Shown here: piece after piece, positions 50,499-64,000 of the stretch
Position numbering within the stretch: position 1 is the stretch's first letter
Layout of the letters: every line of letters begins with the position of its first letter
From: Massalongia carnosa
Taxonomy: Eukaryota
Assembly (NCBI GenBank): GCA_965645245.1
Contig: OZ287083.1
Location: forward strand, 1,302,001 to 1,366,000
Length of the DNA: 64,000 bases
Direction of reading: 5' to 3'
Program-made: the position numbers and the translations under genes
Notes under the pieces: generated by a model
What the model saw: the letters and a program-made list of their open reading frames with translations, nothing else
Databases searched by the model: none
Told to the model about the DNA's origin: nothing

Positions 50499-53400
50499 TA
50501 CAGAGTAGGTATACAGAGCACACACATACACCAAAAAACCCTTCAAGTAAGTAAGCTCAGCAGAGCAAAGCAGAAAAGGTAATGACGATGGCAGCCTCGT
50601 GTCTCAAAAGTCCCAAAGGGTAAAACGAGGTATGCCAATCGATCTCTTTCCAATGAAGACTCAATAGATGATGGGCTGGTAGTTAAGTAGGCAAAAATGT
50701 GTGGAGCAGACGTTGAATCTCTTTTGAGCCAGGGCAGCCCAAGCCGACCTGCGGAGTATCCTTGTATATTATGCCGCTTGCAGTCCTATGCGCACGCGAC
50801 AAATTTGCGGCATCTGAGGAGGAACGGCAACAATAATTGGGTAGTGGGACCGATCCAGGAAAGGAGTACAAATCTCGTGGGCGGGATGATGGTAGGAAGG
50901 TAGGTACTTCCTACTCGGTATGAGTGGTAGGTATTAAGAAGAAACTCCAAGTTTGCACGGGAGTCTGTGGAGGATGCTGTTACTAGTACTCCATACAGAG
51001 TAGGTGGTGCACCGAGGAACCAATTCTTGGCGGAACGGGGGGAAAAGAAGGAGTGGGAGAAGAACCTAGGGTCCAGGGAGAACGGTGAAAATTCGATTCA
51101 GTGCCAGTAGTGAATCGTGGGGATCTTGGTTGATTAGCAGGGATAGTATGGCACCAAAATCAGGTTGAAAGGTATATTACCTTAGCGGGACGAAAGAATC
51201 TAGCGTAACGCTAATGACGCTGGCGATACAGGTAATTCTCTGCTCTGTACAGAGTACCTCTGTAACCCACCGTTGAGTGCCGGTTCAGATGTGAAGGGTC
51301 GTCACTAGGCTAAAGCTTAACCGACCGTCTCGGGTCGTTTGAATGGCCAACATCCCTAGGAGTTATTGAACACACATGAGCGCTTTGGTAATGCAATGGA
51401 AAGTTCGATGGGAACCCACTACCTACCGAACCCGCGATTCGCAAAATAGATGGTGAGGGGCAGCAAGGCAAAAGCACTCTTAACTCGGTGCAGAGGAAGG
51501 TCTTACGAGGAAGCTCAACTGGCATACCAGTTTTCTAGACAGAGTACAGTCATCCAAGATTCTACCAATGCATGATGTTCATTGTCAGTGCAACACTGCT
51601 AGCCAAATCAAGACTCTTGCATGTACCAGAACAGGACGCTGTAGGGAGGATGTCGATCCAGTCTCTTGGTTGGGAGATGGTGCAAGCTGTGGGCAGAGAA
51701 GTGTGTCTATCGCCAACCCAGGCGTGGATAGCGGGGATACGATAGTGGATGGATATGGCCTGGTGAAACGTTCGAAAGATCAGGCTTGGGAGCCCTGGTG
51801 TGGATTCTATTGTTGGGACAAACACAGCCAAAGTAACCTCCAACCAATGGAACCAGTGATCATCGCGGTATGTACCGGTGCTGGAGGAAAATGTAAATGT
51901 CGAACGGATCCTGGCCGTCAACGACGTATCACATATAAATACTGAAGAATCGTCTGTTACACTGGGTCTGTTGGGTTCATGCGTCATTATTGCGCAAAAC
52001 CTGCCAACAACTTCTCGTGCCATTTGCCGTGCCATCAAGAGTGTGCGTAATAAACAAACTTTCTACCTGCGTGCCTCCTACATTAATTGTTCAAGGTCTT
52101 GTCGGGGAGATGAGGAAAAGAAAGGAAAGCTTTCAAGTACTTCATACATTCGTGAGCAAAAAGGACCTAGCTGTATGATCGATCCACAGCATTAGCTCAA
52201 AGGGCACATATACTTACTCGAATGGTGGCCACATCTTGCTTGCCCCATTCGGGCCATCGCTCGTGGAGCGGGTCTACTAAAATGCGTCGCGAACCTCCTG
52301 TAAAGCGTCTTGGTCCAATAAGGAAACTAAATATTTGGGCGCATATGGAGCGGCGTTACGCAGGGTTCAATCCTAATGCGAACAGTCGGGTTATTTGACG
52401 CAGACGCAAGTAGGGAAGGAAAAATCTTCATCAAGAAGTAGTGCAAGCGAACAGATAGAGAAAACGTTGAAAAAAGGTCCTGCGAAAAGCTGCCTTCATC
52501 CAGAGAGTCGACCGGCCATTTGATCCACGACCACGCCCAAGCATGCGGCTGTGTTTGTGCTTGTGCCTGGAATCCGGGTGAATGACCTCCCCAACGTGAA
52601 AGTCCCCGTTGTGGATCGTGGCAATCAGACCGAATAGCCATAGGCTGGGCACTGACAATTTCATCAATTTAGATGATTAAATCATCGGCATCTGTGGCCT
52701 CATGTTTGATTGCACAATCGACGTCTTCAGATCTTGAAGGAATGATGCGGGGAATAACACCCTCAAGATCTACTAAGTTTATGTCATTTTCTTTCTGAAA
52801 CTAGCGTTCGAAGAGGGATGCAAAGCCACACAAAGCCCTTAGCCTGTCAGTTCTGTTTAGAAAAAGCCGTTGGAGTCGATGCTGACTCAAAAACCGCATG
52901 AACTGAGTTGCGCAACCGCTGGAGGGCTACGAAACCTCGACAATACTCTCTGTATATGCGAAGCCTTGATAGCCAAAATACTTACGTAGCCTAACACCCC
53001 TTTCTACTCCCTTTGGCACCTTCACCAATCTACCAATAGAACCGCCTATGCCGATCAACCACATCAGTTGCTCTACTCGGTTCTGTATCGATTCTTCTTT
53101 GCTGCTCAGTCATGAAAACCACGGCAATAGTTATACAAGGGAGCCTAGAAGAGAAATTCTTCGTCATCTGCTGTTGCAATTGCGATCTGAAGCCACGGCT
53201 TTCCTCTTTATGGTAGCCTCATTAAGCAGCTGAAATGGTTTTGCGGGTGACGGTTAATGTTATGCTCTTGGTATCAAATACGAGATACTGATCTCTGGGA
53301 GCTGGTACGCGGTTAAGGGATTACGAGCACTACTATATTTGAGTAATAGGTTAACTAGGAAACATAAATGGCAACATTTTTTGTCGTAAAATCTTGATGT

Positions 53401-55730
53401 TTGGGGGAACGAACTTTCAGAACGTTACTAAATAACACGTGTGGCATGAGGAGGAATCGCGAATGATATACACAAGTTCGAAATTAGCTACGACGTTCGC
53501 AACAATCTATAGATAGCTGATGGGAACGCTAGCAATTACTCTGTAAAAAGATCTTGCGTTCCGGACCACTACCTAGGTGCCTAGGTGCTCAGGTACCTAG
53601 AGAAAACAAAACTACCACCCCACCATTGGGCCAACGCTAACAGGAATTGAACTCAGGCAATTCCTAGGCCCTACGTGAATGAAGGGAAACCAAGAGGGTG
53701 CGGGCCGCGAGGATCTAGGAAGGGACCAATGCTCGGGCCGTCAATAGGACGGGGGCGGAACATTCCGGTGGCGTGGCAGATTTAGAAGACTCTATACCTA
53801 TCTGTAGTTCGTGTTGAAACACATCACAACTATAATCAAACGTCTTGCTTGGTAACTAGAGGCTGTCAGCACTTGATCAGCAGTTATACCAGTTTAGAGT
53901 GGAAATCATTCACGCCTTCTCTGATACTAGCTTGCCACTCTCTTGGCGGCCGAGACTCAAGGATTAGGATCTCCTCCCCCTTTCTCCACACTAGTACAGA
54001 GTACATACCACGTGATACTCTACTTTTGTTACCTTGAATGCTTACCATATTGCTAACATTATGACGAGCTTGGATGCGATAACTACTATGTATTCTGTAT
54101 TCTGTACAGAGAAAACACGCAAGGTCTTGATTTGCGCTAATGCAATGTATATGCATACATATACAACTGATACTGCTCAGAACGCATTGTCTGAGGCCTA
54201 TCATTTAGGTTACATTTAGGTGCCTTATCACATACTAAAGCTTGAGTATCAATACGGTATTGTATTGAGGCTAATTATACTAGCCGCATATAGTTAACGT
54301 CAGCTAAAACTTAGCGTCAGCTAAAACTTTGTACACTGTACATGTAGAAGAATATAGGTCAGCAAGCACGTCCTCTTGGCATAAGCGCTACACAACCTAT
54401 CTAGGTACTATGGACCTAGGTACTCTGTACCTCTCTTATGGCTATGTATATTATAAGTCGAAGGCCGACTAACACCCATCTCCCCAGGCGTACTCATCAC
54501 GACGGATATCTCGATCGAGATCTCGATCGTGGTCTTCCGCTTCGGGTGAAGCGTCAGTTTTCCCCACATCGTTTGAGATGAGAACGGTTTGTTGAGTTCT
54601 CCAGTTCCGGGTTTTGATACAAGCGAGCAAATCATGAGCGAAGAAGGCGTACTTGGGCTGTTTTTGGGTATTCGTCTCCGTTTCGGTGGGGATCATGACG
54701 TAAGCTGCAACGCTAGGCGTGACCTTTTAGGATTAATAAGGTAACGCCATTCCTGACAGAAGGGTTGAATGACGTTGGAGTAAAACCAAAGCAGAAAACA
54801 TAACATCATCACCTGACACCCACATCTCAACCAGCAAGGTTAGAACTAAGAAGAATTCTGTACCAGATCAGTACCCTGATCACAGATGTTCTGTTTAGAA
54901 TGTGGTGAGCGAAAAATAGGAAGTATGCGCTCATGATGGATCTCTCCACCTGCTCAAGATCTCCCCAGCGATCATACTGGTCGGTACCTGCATGATCCAA
55001 TCCAAGCGATGTTGCTTGTACGATAGCACTCAACCCCCTTTCATTGGGTCAACGGGTCCCAAAGTCAAAGCCAGGCTAAAGCACCCACTAACGACACGTC
55101 AAGGCCTCCCCGCGAATGAGCGATACCGTCATGGCTGCATTGTCATGATTACGAGAGCCTGCCGGTCCTGTGTTTGACCTTCGTCTTCTGTACAGAATAC
55201 TCTGTACTCTGTAGAGTAAGAAGCTCGCATCATGACACATCAAGAACTCGTGACTATGGCTGCACATCATTGGGTGCAGGAATCACCATGAACGGGGAAA
55301 GCCTAGATTAGTAATCGTGATCGATGGTAATCTGTACTTGGTATAGATTACGGATTACGGAGTATGCCTTGTGTTTCATCCTCATGCTAACACAGAGTAC
55401 TTGTTCTCTCCCACCACAGGCATGTGGCTGAAAACGCCCCGGTTCTTTCTGGCCTTGTTATGTACAGAGTAGCTCTTGCACCTCTACAGAGTATCCACCT
55501 CTCAGCCCTACAGGGACGGTATGGCTATGGTTTGTGCCTAAAGTTGGGCCACGAGAAATCGATGCTGAGCTCGTATTCGATAAACTCCTGCCCAAGAAGC
55601 CCCACCGATAATTATGCTGACATGGAGCACGCTTCAACAGCTGCACAACCACAGATGCATCGTGTCGCTGCTTACCGACTTATAGACTGGAAAAGGCCAA
55701 AATGGCGGACTGCGTACAGAATACTCTGTA
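50499..55730. promoter_or_regulatory. Cluster of TAC[A/G]GAGTA motifs upstream of the second C2H2 gene
   Basis: 11 exact copies on either strand: 50499, 50994, 51248, 53995, 54421, 55198, 55205, 55356, 55463, 55485, 55722. Confidence 0.55.
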
Positions 55731-58700
55731 CTGTGGAATGACTGACGGTCCCACTCTCTTCTTAGGCGTCGAAGGTGATACGCATGCAGAACATGCTTTT
55801 GCATTGCATGGAAGTCCAGACCCGGCCTTCCACCAACATTCAATTCTTTTTGTGACCGTGCGTGAGATAGGCAAAACAATGTGTGGCATACGACAGCCCA
55901 TTCGTGGGAATGGAAATTCGAGTTCACGGGTTCCCCCCGAGCGAGGAACCAAGCAGAAAGCTAGGCCTCCCCCCTCTGCCGTTGACGAGGCCCATTTAGT
56001 TCTACAACGATGAGATACTTTCTAGGCAAAGAAGTCAATCGTCTATGCCGGCACTCTTTCGATCATGCACGCTGGTGCTCACACCCACACTTTCTCGCTG
56101 CTTGTTGACGTGTTGCTCAAGGCCTGTCTCGAATCCAATAGGATCAGCTCCTCGTGTTCCTGGCCATGTACTTGTCCTTGGAAGCACATGGATTATGCTG
56201 ACAAGGCTAAGCATGGCAGTTAGGAATTCTTTTGGCTTGACCCGAATATAGTATATGTCATGCACATTTTAGAGCCAGAATGTGGCAATGGCCGTTGATG
56301 AGAAGAAGGCAAACTGCCGGATCAAAGACGTTGAGCGAGAAGCCAAGATGTCGGAAGTCATGACCCCTGAGGCCAGGATAGCCCACCCTTGATGGCCAGC
56401 CTTATCGAGAGTGGCCATGAATGAACTCGATGCATACTCCCCTGAAAGATCTCTTACATTGGCATACGATTTATTGAAGAGTAGTAAACGCGTTAAAGCA
56501 GACAATCTCCTCTGGTTTGCTGCCAATATGTGCTGCTATAAAAAGGACAGTTTGTGACACGCCGAGATGAGCAGCCCGGCCAAAGAGGAAGATTGTCCGG
56601 CTTCCTCGACACGATCCATGGCATTGCTACACCAAACCGGTACTTCTCGTAAAGCCTTTGTATTAGGGAGGCTTTCTGATCAGAGTTTCTAGCATCTAAG
56701 ATATATAACACATAATCATATATCCCAAGGATCTCAAAGCCGCACAGTTACCGTTCTAGATTCTCGACCGAACGTCCTGAAGTTTCATGATGATTCTTTC
56801 CCGCGTGTGGCAATCATCGAAAACGTAACGGCTACAACTCACCGCTCAACCTGTTCATTTTGAAATACTCTTCTTGCTCCAAAGGACGAGACGCAACCAA
56901 TTTTTTTTTGCAAGAAAACACTTTGGCGCTGACTACACGAAAACTTCGACGCGTACTACAAAATGGGGTTTAGCAATGAAACGATGGAGATATATCCAGA
57001 ACCATCCTACCTAGGCCAAGGGCGACTATAGAGAGGAATCTATGTGTGTCTGGGTAAGAGGCTAATAGTAAAATTATTTCGACCAACTAGTTGATGGCTT
57101 AGGAGAGTAGAACGTGGACATCATCGTGGATCTTCATCGTCAGTGGCCGTAAGGATTCTTTGAGGTGACACGCTCATCCCCTTGGCGTTGGGACGGACTG
57201 GCTGATTTGCTTTTTCCATTCCGATTCTCTAACCGCCACTGTTTATCCATACTGTGAGGTAATTGTATTCATCGAGCCATGATAATCTACTTGCAAGGAT
57301 AGATTCCAACCTCTTTTTTTTGCCGGACGTTAGCATCAATGCTATCTATTCGAGGATCACCTGTGCCCTCTGTGAAAATACATTGGTACACAAAGGCATT
57401 TGTTGGAGACTTCATCCACCCTCTGGGGCTGGCCTTATTCTGCGATACTCTTTCGGATTGGTTTCCAGCCTTGAGCAACGTTAGCAGATGAGCACGACAC
57501 GTTTCCCGTCAGCTTCAAACTATATGTACTTCAAAGCTGCGTGTAGCACGACATTCAGTTCGTTTGATCTATCCAACTTAACTTTGCCTGCTACGTCGAC
57601 GACGAATACCCTTGGAGCAGCCCGAGGCAGGCTCTACCGGCTAAAGCTTGAAGGCCACGTCTAAGGATTTCTTCTTCGCCCAAGCAGGCAAATACAGCAA
57701 AGCAGATGGGGAGGCGGCAAGCGGCTGCATACGAGCTGACTTACTCATTCCCCATTCTTGATAAACCTGTTTTCTAGCTAACCTGGTTCTTCTGGCCATC
57801 CTGATGATATAAGTCTACAGTCTGATAACACCTACGGCAAGGATGTTACATGTTGCAAAACTCTGACGGGCATGATTTGGTTTATTATGCAACTATAAAT
57901 GACGGTTATTCTATCAAAAAACCTCTAAACCTTTGTACAGCCAGCATGGAGGCAGAACAAGCCTCATTCCCGTTATCTTTACAACTATTGAAAATGACTC
58001 CTAATCTTCGTTCTACAGTTGTCTTTTTGTTGACTATATTGTTGTCTTCCATTCCCTCGCCTAAAAAAAAAGCCTAGCTAACCTTCCTGTTGGCTGAGAA
58101 TATGCTTTGTAGAGCCTGAAAGAAATCATCCGGAGAATTTCTACCTATATCCAGACTCCTTGCCTCATTGGTGGATATTCTTCAGTCCGTGCTATTTCTG
58201 TTTCTTTTCGATTTGGATCATTATAATCCTAAGCAAATATATGACCTGCTCACTTCTCCCTGGATTTAATTTATTCTCTTAACCCCGCGGGCGCCCCCTT
58301 CCGTAGTGCGAATATCTTTTGCTACTAGACTTCGTCCTACAGCGTCTCAACTCTCGGCATGTTCAAGTATTTGAAATTACCATCTACTTATCGTGATGCG
58401 TTTACATCCACGTTAACCTCTGCTGGCTAGGTATAATAATCCATGTATAAGAGAGATGCTCGCAGTACACCTGTCGCAAAGATATGCTTCTGATTCCCAG
58501 CTTGATTTTAGTCGATATAGCTTCCATCATAAGATGACGCTTAAAGCAATGAACCATTCTAAGATTTAATTCCTAAGCTAAAAATGTGCATCGTCGGAGG
58601 TTCAGACGTAAGGGATATCCACGTTAACTTTCAATCGCTTGCGTTGTACAGCCATATGCCTACGCTGTCTCGCTCGCCACCAGATCTCTAACACCAAGCT

Positions 58701-61700
58701 TACAGCATGCGGTGCGGCATAATCTTACTTGCTATGAAAGTTAGAAAACCTCGTGATAGCGGTCACTGATAGAGAATCGTTCCCAGAGGCGTTGGCCAAA
58801 GAACAGCGCTGCTTAGGTGAATCCGTTAAGTATCCTTAAACTGCTTGCATTATTATGCAAAAAGCCGGCTCTGTTTCAGTAGGCTTTGACGGGACATGAT
58901 AGTCTCAAGTTTTCCGCTTTCTCTGTCATCAAGCTGACAAAACGTATACTAAGGTCGAAAAAGTGGCAATTAGGTACATCTGGTACCCTGTATGAATCAG
59001 TTTGTCGCTAAGCCATAGATTCTCAGCCAAGAAGACTTGCGCATACGCGGGCCCAAGCATCGGTAATCGCGACGCTTTTGCGGCAGAGCATGAAAACCGA
59101 ACGGAGACATGGCTTTTTTTTCGCGAGGTGCGGAGAAATCGCAAGTAAATTTGTGGAATTTTCTGCTAACTACCGAGAATATGCACTGCAAAGCAACCCC
59201 GGAATTGAGAACGCTCTTTCTCATCGAAGACGTAGCGCCGCAAGGAGGGGCCAGCGACTGATGAACCTTGTGCAAATAGTTACTACAGATATTATTTACG
59301 TGATCTTGCGGAATAAAAGCCTGCATTCATGACAGATTTCCCAACGCCATGTGCACGGCAGGGCGGGAATTTATCACGGGTGGATACATGAAGTTATGTC
59401 CGCCTTCGATCTGATCGAAGCCACCAAGCAAAAAGGCCAAGCCAATTATTCCGTCGGGCAATTTGTGAGGAGCGGCAGAGGGAAGCCTAGGTTTTACAGA
59501 CAGCCTGACAGATCCGGTGAGCCCGCTAGCGTTTCTCGATCATCTGAGAAGTCTCGATCAACTTTATTGGACGAGATGAGTGGACACTAGGACAGGCAAT
59601 CCACACCCCTGCGGCTTTCTTATAACGGTAAACTACCAGTTATTTTCTGCTCGAGTCTTCTAAGAATTGTTGAATCGGAAACCCACCCTGAGAAGAACGC
59701 CGCAATACGCTATGTCCTACATGCCCTTGTAGGAACGTCAACCGAAAACATGGAAGTAATAAACCTCGTTTCTTTAGTTTTAATGTGCATCTCCTAGCCA
59801 AGTTAAGGGTAATTTACTCTTACATTCCCTTTTATTGGGGATGTTGGGAATACTATCCCTGAGCACTTCTTTACGTTTCTTACGTCTCTATCTGTTCTTT
59901 CTACTCTCTTCTCTTCCCCATTTAGGAAGGTAGATGATATGGAAACAGGGAGGTAAAAAACATGTCAGATAGAGAAAGGCTAGTAAGCGACCTGAAGGAA
60001 CGTCAACCTTGTATGAGAAGCTAGCAAATCTTCCATCACCAAAACCCTAGACGGCGATATACGACCCCAACAAAATTTTCAAGTTTAAAGGGCATGAAAA
60101 AAAAAACCTCAACAAACCACCCTCTCCTTTCCTTGTATCCCCCGCTGTCACACCTATCTGCCCTCGTTTCCTCTCATACCCATCTCTGAGCTTCTTATCC
60201 GCCCACCCCCTAAACCCCCCTCAGCTTATTCCACCCATCTACACATACCCTGAACTTGGAATCAGTCCTCCTCCCCCCTTCCCCCCCCATTTCCATTCTT
60301 AACAACATATTTTCTTATCAAAAACATCCTGTCTGGCTGAGAGCTCCGCCCTTGAAGGCGCCTAGTAGTGGAAACTGTTTCAATCTACATCTACGCAGGA
60401 AAGAAGGCAGGTCAGCAATCGGGGAAGGTGGGGATCTGGTTGGGAGTGATACGAAAGCAGTAAGAGAGGGAGAAATGGGGGCGGGAATTCCTTTTTTTTT
60501 AAAAGGCACTGGACTGGATACAACTCCGAATTGAGATTGCGGTGCTACTTTAAACTCTCTTAGCCTTACATTTCCTTTCCCTTTCCCTCTTCTATTCCCT
60601 CCCTTCCCCTTTCTCCGGGCCTCTCTACCCGTCTCCTCTCCTCTGCACTACAACTCTGTCGTTGTCATTTTTTTCTCCCTCCCTCGCACGTCCGTTCACC
60701 CCATTTTCTTACAACCGAAACCCTTTTGCCCCCCCTTCCCCAAAATCCCTCTCTATCATGCTACTAACAGCTCCCCGCGGAAAAGAACGGGAAATGATAA
60801 AATGGAGAGAGGGAGGGGGAAGATGTGGAAAGGTTATGAGGAAATGAGGAAAAAGATAAGGGGGGGGGGAAGAGTGAGAGGATGTGGGAGTGGCGGATAG
60901 TATGGATTGGGGATAGGATGAGTAAGTAGTACTTGCCATTGCTGCTACTAGATATCTAGCATAGCTGATTGGTTGGCTGGATACCTCTTCTGTTACTTTC
61001 TTTCGGTTTCTTTATATAACTTTCTCGATTTTCCCAGGGGGGGGGAAGAATAGATCTTCAATGAGAAATAAATACATACCTATCACCACCTTTCTATATT
61101 CATTATCGATTGCATGACTATCTGACTGTCTGTTTGTGGTGGTCATTAATCGGCAGTCAACCCCCCCTCCCGCTCTTTTCAAAAAATGACCCCCCCCCCC
61201 CCAACTATTCCCATCCGTTCATCACCCCATAAATGCCACTAAACAAACAAACAGATATATCCCTATCTTAACCACAGAGGGGGGAAGGGAACGTATAGGC
61301 AGGTATGTGGCTAGCTAGTTGGCCGGTTAGGCGGCATACATACATACATACCTACCTACCTACTTGCCCAGTCGATTTCTTGCTAGCGGTTAGCAGGAAA
61401 GTAAGAAGCGGAGTTGGAGGTGCGGGAGTTGGTAGTTAGAAGTAGTTGTTGATGGTGTTTCTTGAGGGAATGGGGAAGGGGGGGGGGACGGGGGGACGCA
61501 GAGTTCTTTTAGGGTGTTTGTGTATCTGTGTAGCTGGCTCTGTTTATCTGTCTAGCGATTGCGTTGCCTAAATAGAAATATAGATAGATGATGAAATTCT
61601 TTCTTTCGATCACTATCTCTCCACCCCCCAAACCTGTTCGATCTCTTCTCCCCCCTCCCCCCTCTTCTTGCTCTCCTATTAAACTCAAACCCCAAAACCT

Positions 61701-64000
61701 ATATTGTTTTATATAGGTATATATACGCACGCCTACCTCATCCCATTTGGAAAGAAATCGTTGCAACCCGCCTTGCTGCTCTATCCGTCTGTCCGTTGGA
61801 ACTGCTGGGAGGTTTGAGGGGGGGCGGCGCAAGGGGGTGGATGGATGATATTTGAGATGAGGGCAGGAGGCTGGATTTTCTTTTTTGGGGGGGGGATGCG
61901 CGAGAGAAGGGGGAATTGAAACGTATTACGGAGGGAGGATGGTTTTCGGTATGTATATCTAGAGGAACAGTTCGGGGAAGCGGGAATTTGAATCGGGGGG
62001 AGGGACTGCAGAGGGGTTCTCGGATGGGTGGAAATTGGGGTGATCCAGACAAAAACAACAACGATAATAGCAAGGAGGGTTGGGAAAAGAGAAATGTGCA
62101 AAAGGCTTAAAGATGGCTAATTGATGGTGGACGAAATACCGGAAGAGAAAAGAAGAAGGGAATATGTAAGTGGATATTTCCCCAAGCGTCGTTTTCGGAT
62201 CCTTGCGGTGTTTTCCCTCCCTCCCTCGTTTTCTTTCCTTCTATGTCTGAACCACCGTGATGCCCCTAACCCTCTCCCACCCCGTTTCCTTAGGAGCAAC
62301 ATGCCAGCCAATGTTCCTCCCTTGGGGTAATAGAATAACAGTAAAAACAACAATAACGCTCCGGAAATCGTGGGGGTGTTATCGAGGAAGTTAGTTCCTT
62401 ATGGGGAGGTCCGTTTTTCTTGGGAAGGTTTGTTTTGGTGTTTTCTGGACTTTTTATCTCGTGGGATCATATCGAGTCATTTTTTAATTCTGAGTGCGTA
62501 CAAAGCTGCTCTTGCGCGGTTTTGCAGAGGTATATAGGGTAATTCTAGGTGCTCTTTAGACCTAATCATTTGCTCTTCTCTTCCCTTCTCTCCTACAATA
62601 TGGTCAATCAGGCTCTAGGGGGGGGGGAATAACCGCTATGCTCTCTCGAGAACCTCGAGCTGTCTCCGCCTCCTCTCTATTTTGTAATTCCTATGTTTAT
62701 ATTACTAGCCGTAAGGCTTCCACTCCCAAGCAAGTCTCAGCGCTGGCTACCATCAATAAACCGACAGGATATTGTTTACACTCCGCCGTTTGAAGCTTCC
62801 ACATCACCGCCTGTCGCTCGGAAAATCATTGCAAGCTATTCAGATCCACAAGGCGCAACACCGTTGTTGGTGAATCCATGCGTGTAACCAGACTGACGTC
62901 CGTTTTATATAGGAAATTCGAAGCGTGATTATAGTAGTTGGCTTGAGAAAAAAAGGCTAGATGTAAAAGCGAAATTCGCTATCCGTGTATTTTCTGCTTC
63001 TTGTTATCCTTCTGCATCTTTTGTCAGTTCTTGAATAATAAAGGAAAACATAGGAATAAAGGATTATGATCTGATTCTTTTCAGGGGGCTACTATCCCAC
63101 CAGATCATATCTAACCAAGCATCCCTACCCTTCTCAACTATCTTACTCGACCATATCTCGTTTTAGATTATACCAATCTACAGCAGGAACCAAACAGTTT
63201 GAGTGAAACAACCACGACATCGAGGGTCTGCGGCCATGGAATGACTTTATCTTGAAGCATAATTCAGAGTGCTTTGGCAATGTCCTTCAGACAGCCATTT
63301 CAGACAATCGTCTATATCAGACGTCTCCACAAATTGGCAGATGAAGCACGTGTGGACACAATCACTAAAAGTCATAATCATGTGAAGATCGACTACGCCC
63401 TACAGGTGGCTGGCCGTCGGCAGGGGAGTTCTCGGTCATTTAGCTGATCTCCTGATCTCTTGAATCTTTACCCGAGATTCAAGAAGATACGCGATTCAGG
63501 CCCGATAAGCCTGGTAGTGTTGACGCTGGAAAGGTGTCGTGTGTGAATCTGATACATGGCGACACCAAACAATCCGCGAAGCGGGACCCCAACATAAAGG
63601 ACACCAGTCATCAAGACGAGTTTCGAAAACTCTTGCGTCAAGTATTGACCTATTTTACGCTCTGTAGAAGCGATTGTGAAGGCATATCACACGATTTCGT
63701 ATGGCAATTCGGGCCTCTTGAAGTTCTGTCTAACTTAATACTTAACTAGAATCAAAGTCCTTTTTTTTGTCCCATTGTTCAATGTCTTTTAGTCGATCGA
63801 TTGTCATCAAAACCCCATCTGAAAACTTGGACGATGTTTAAGACATCATAGGGATGATGAGTTAGCTGGGCAGACCGATCAGGGTGAACCCCTAAATTAG
63901 TTGTCTTGCCCGTATAAGTTTCGAATTTCTGCCTTCAATACAACCAGCTAAGGTAGGTATACTAGTATCAGTTAGGTACAACTAGTATCTATCCAGGCCC

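Noticed and set aside
51562..52195. Overlapping 105-158 aa ORFs in the gene-poor region
   Set aside because: No domain signature or splice structure; lengths are compatible with chance.
52335..52385. tRNA-like GGTTCAATCC T-loop word
   Set aside because: No cloverleaf could be built; acceptor, D and anticodon arms are missing.
54298..54530. 17-bp-period duplication CGTCAGCTAAAACTT and palindrome ATCTCGATCGAGAT
   Set aside because: Short isolated features with no TSD/TIR structure; consistent with local slippage or chance.

Overview
This is eukaryotic DNA from a filamentous ascomycete (Pezizomycotina), judged by short GT-AG introns with CTRAY branch sites and fungal gene families. A lichen-forming lineage is plausible but not provable from this window. 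Genes, reconstructed with introns by eye: 3' end of a VCX1-type Ca2+/H+ exchanger, a DUF1295 membrane protein, a four-finger C2H2 transcription factor, a divergent EngB/Mrx8 GTPase-FMC1 pair, calcipressin (RCN1), a small conserved acidic protein, FBP1, a LaeA-like SAM methyltransferase, ATE1, DDP1/Aps1 Nudix hydrolase, a PD-(D/E)xK nuclease-like gene, a Zn-finger-like hypothetical gene, a spliced 8-Cys hydrophobin-like gene, NCS6/CTU1 and a second four-finger C2H2 factor (AslA/Cos1-like). At least 13.7 kb upstream of that last gene (50283 to the window end) has no recognisable gene. Mobile DNA: a frameshifted Tc1 (DD34E) element and a 5'-truncated Tad-clade LINE with a 14-bp TSD and one nonsense codon. 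Most notable: (i) about 26 exact TAC[A/G]GAGTA 9-mers (about 1 expected), clustered upstream of the three Zn-finger genes; (ii) the atypical hydrophobin-like gene that the ORF track only shows in part; (iii) the nuclease-like gene bracketed by diverged direct repeats; (iv) a spaced 15-bp repeat array downstream of the second C2H2 gene. Coordinates and counts were read manually and no database search was run.
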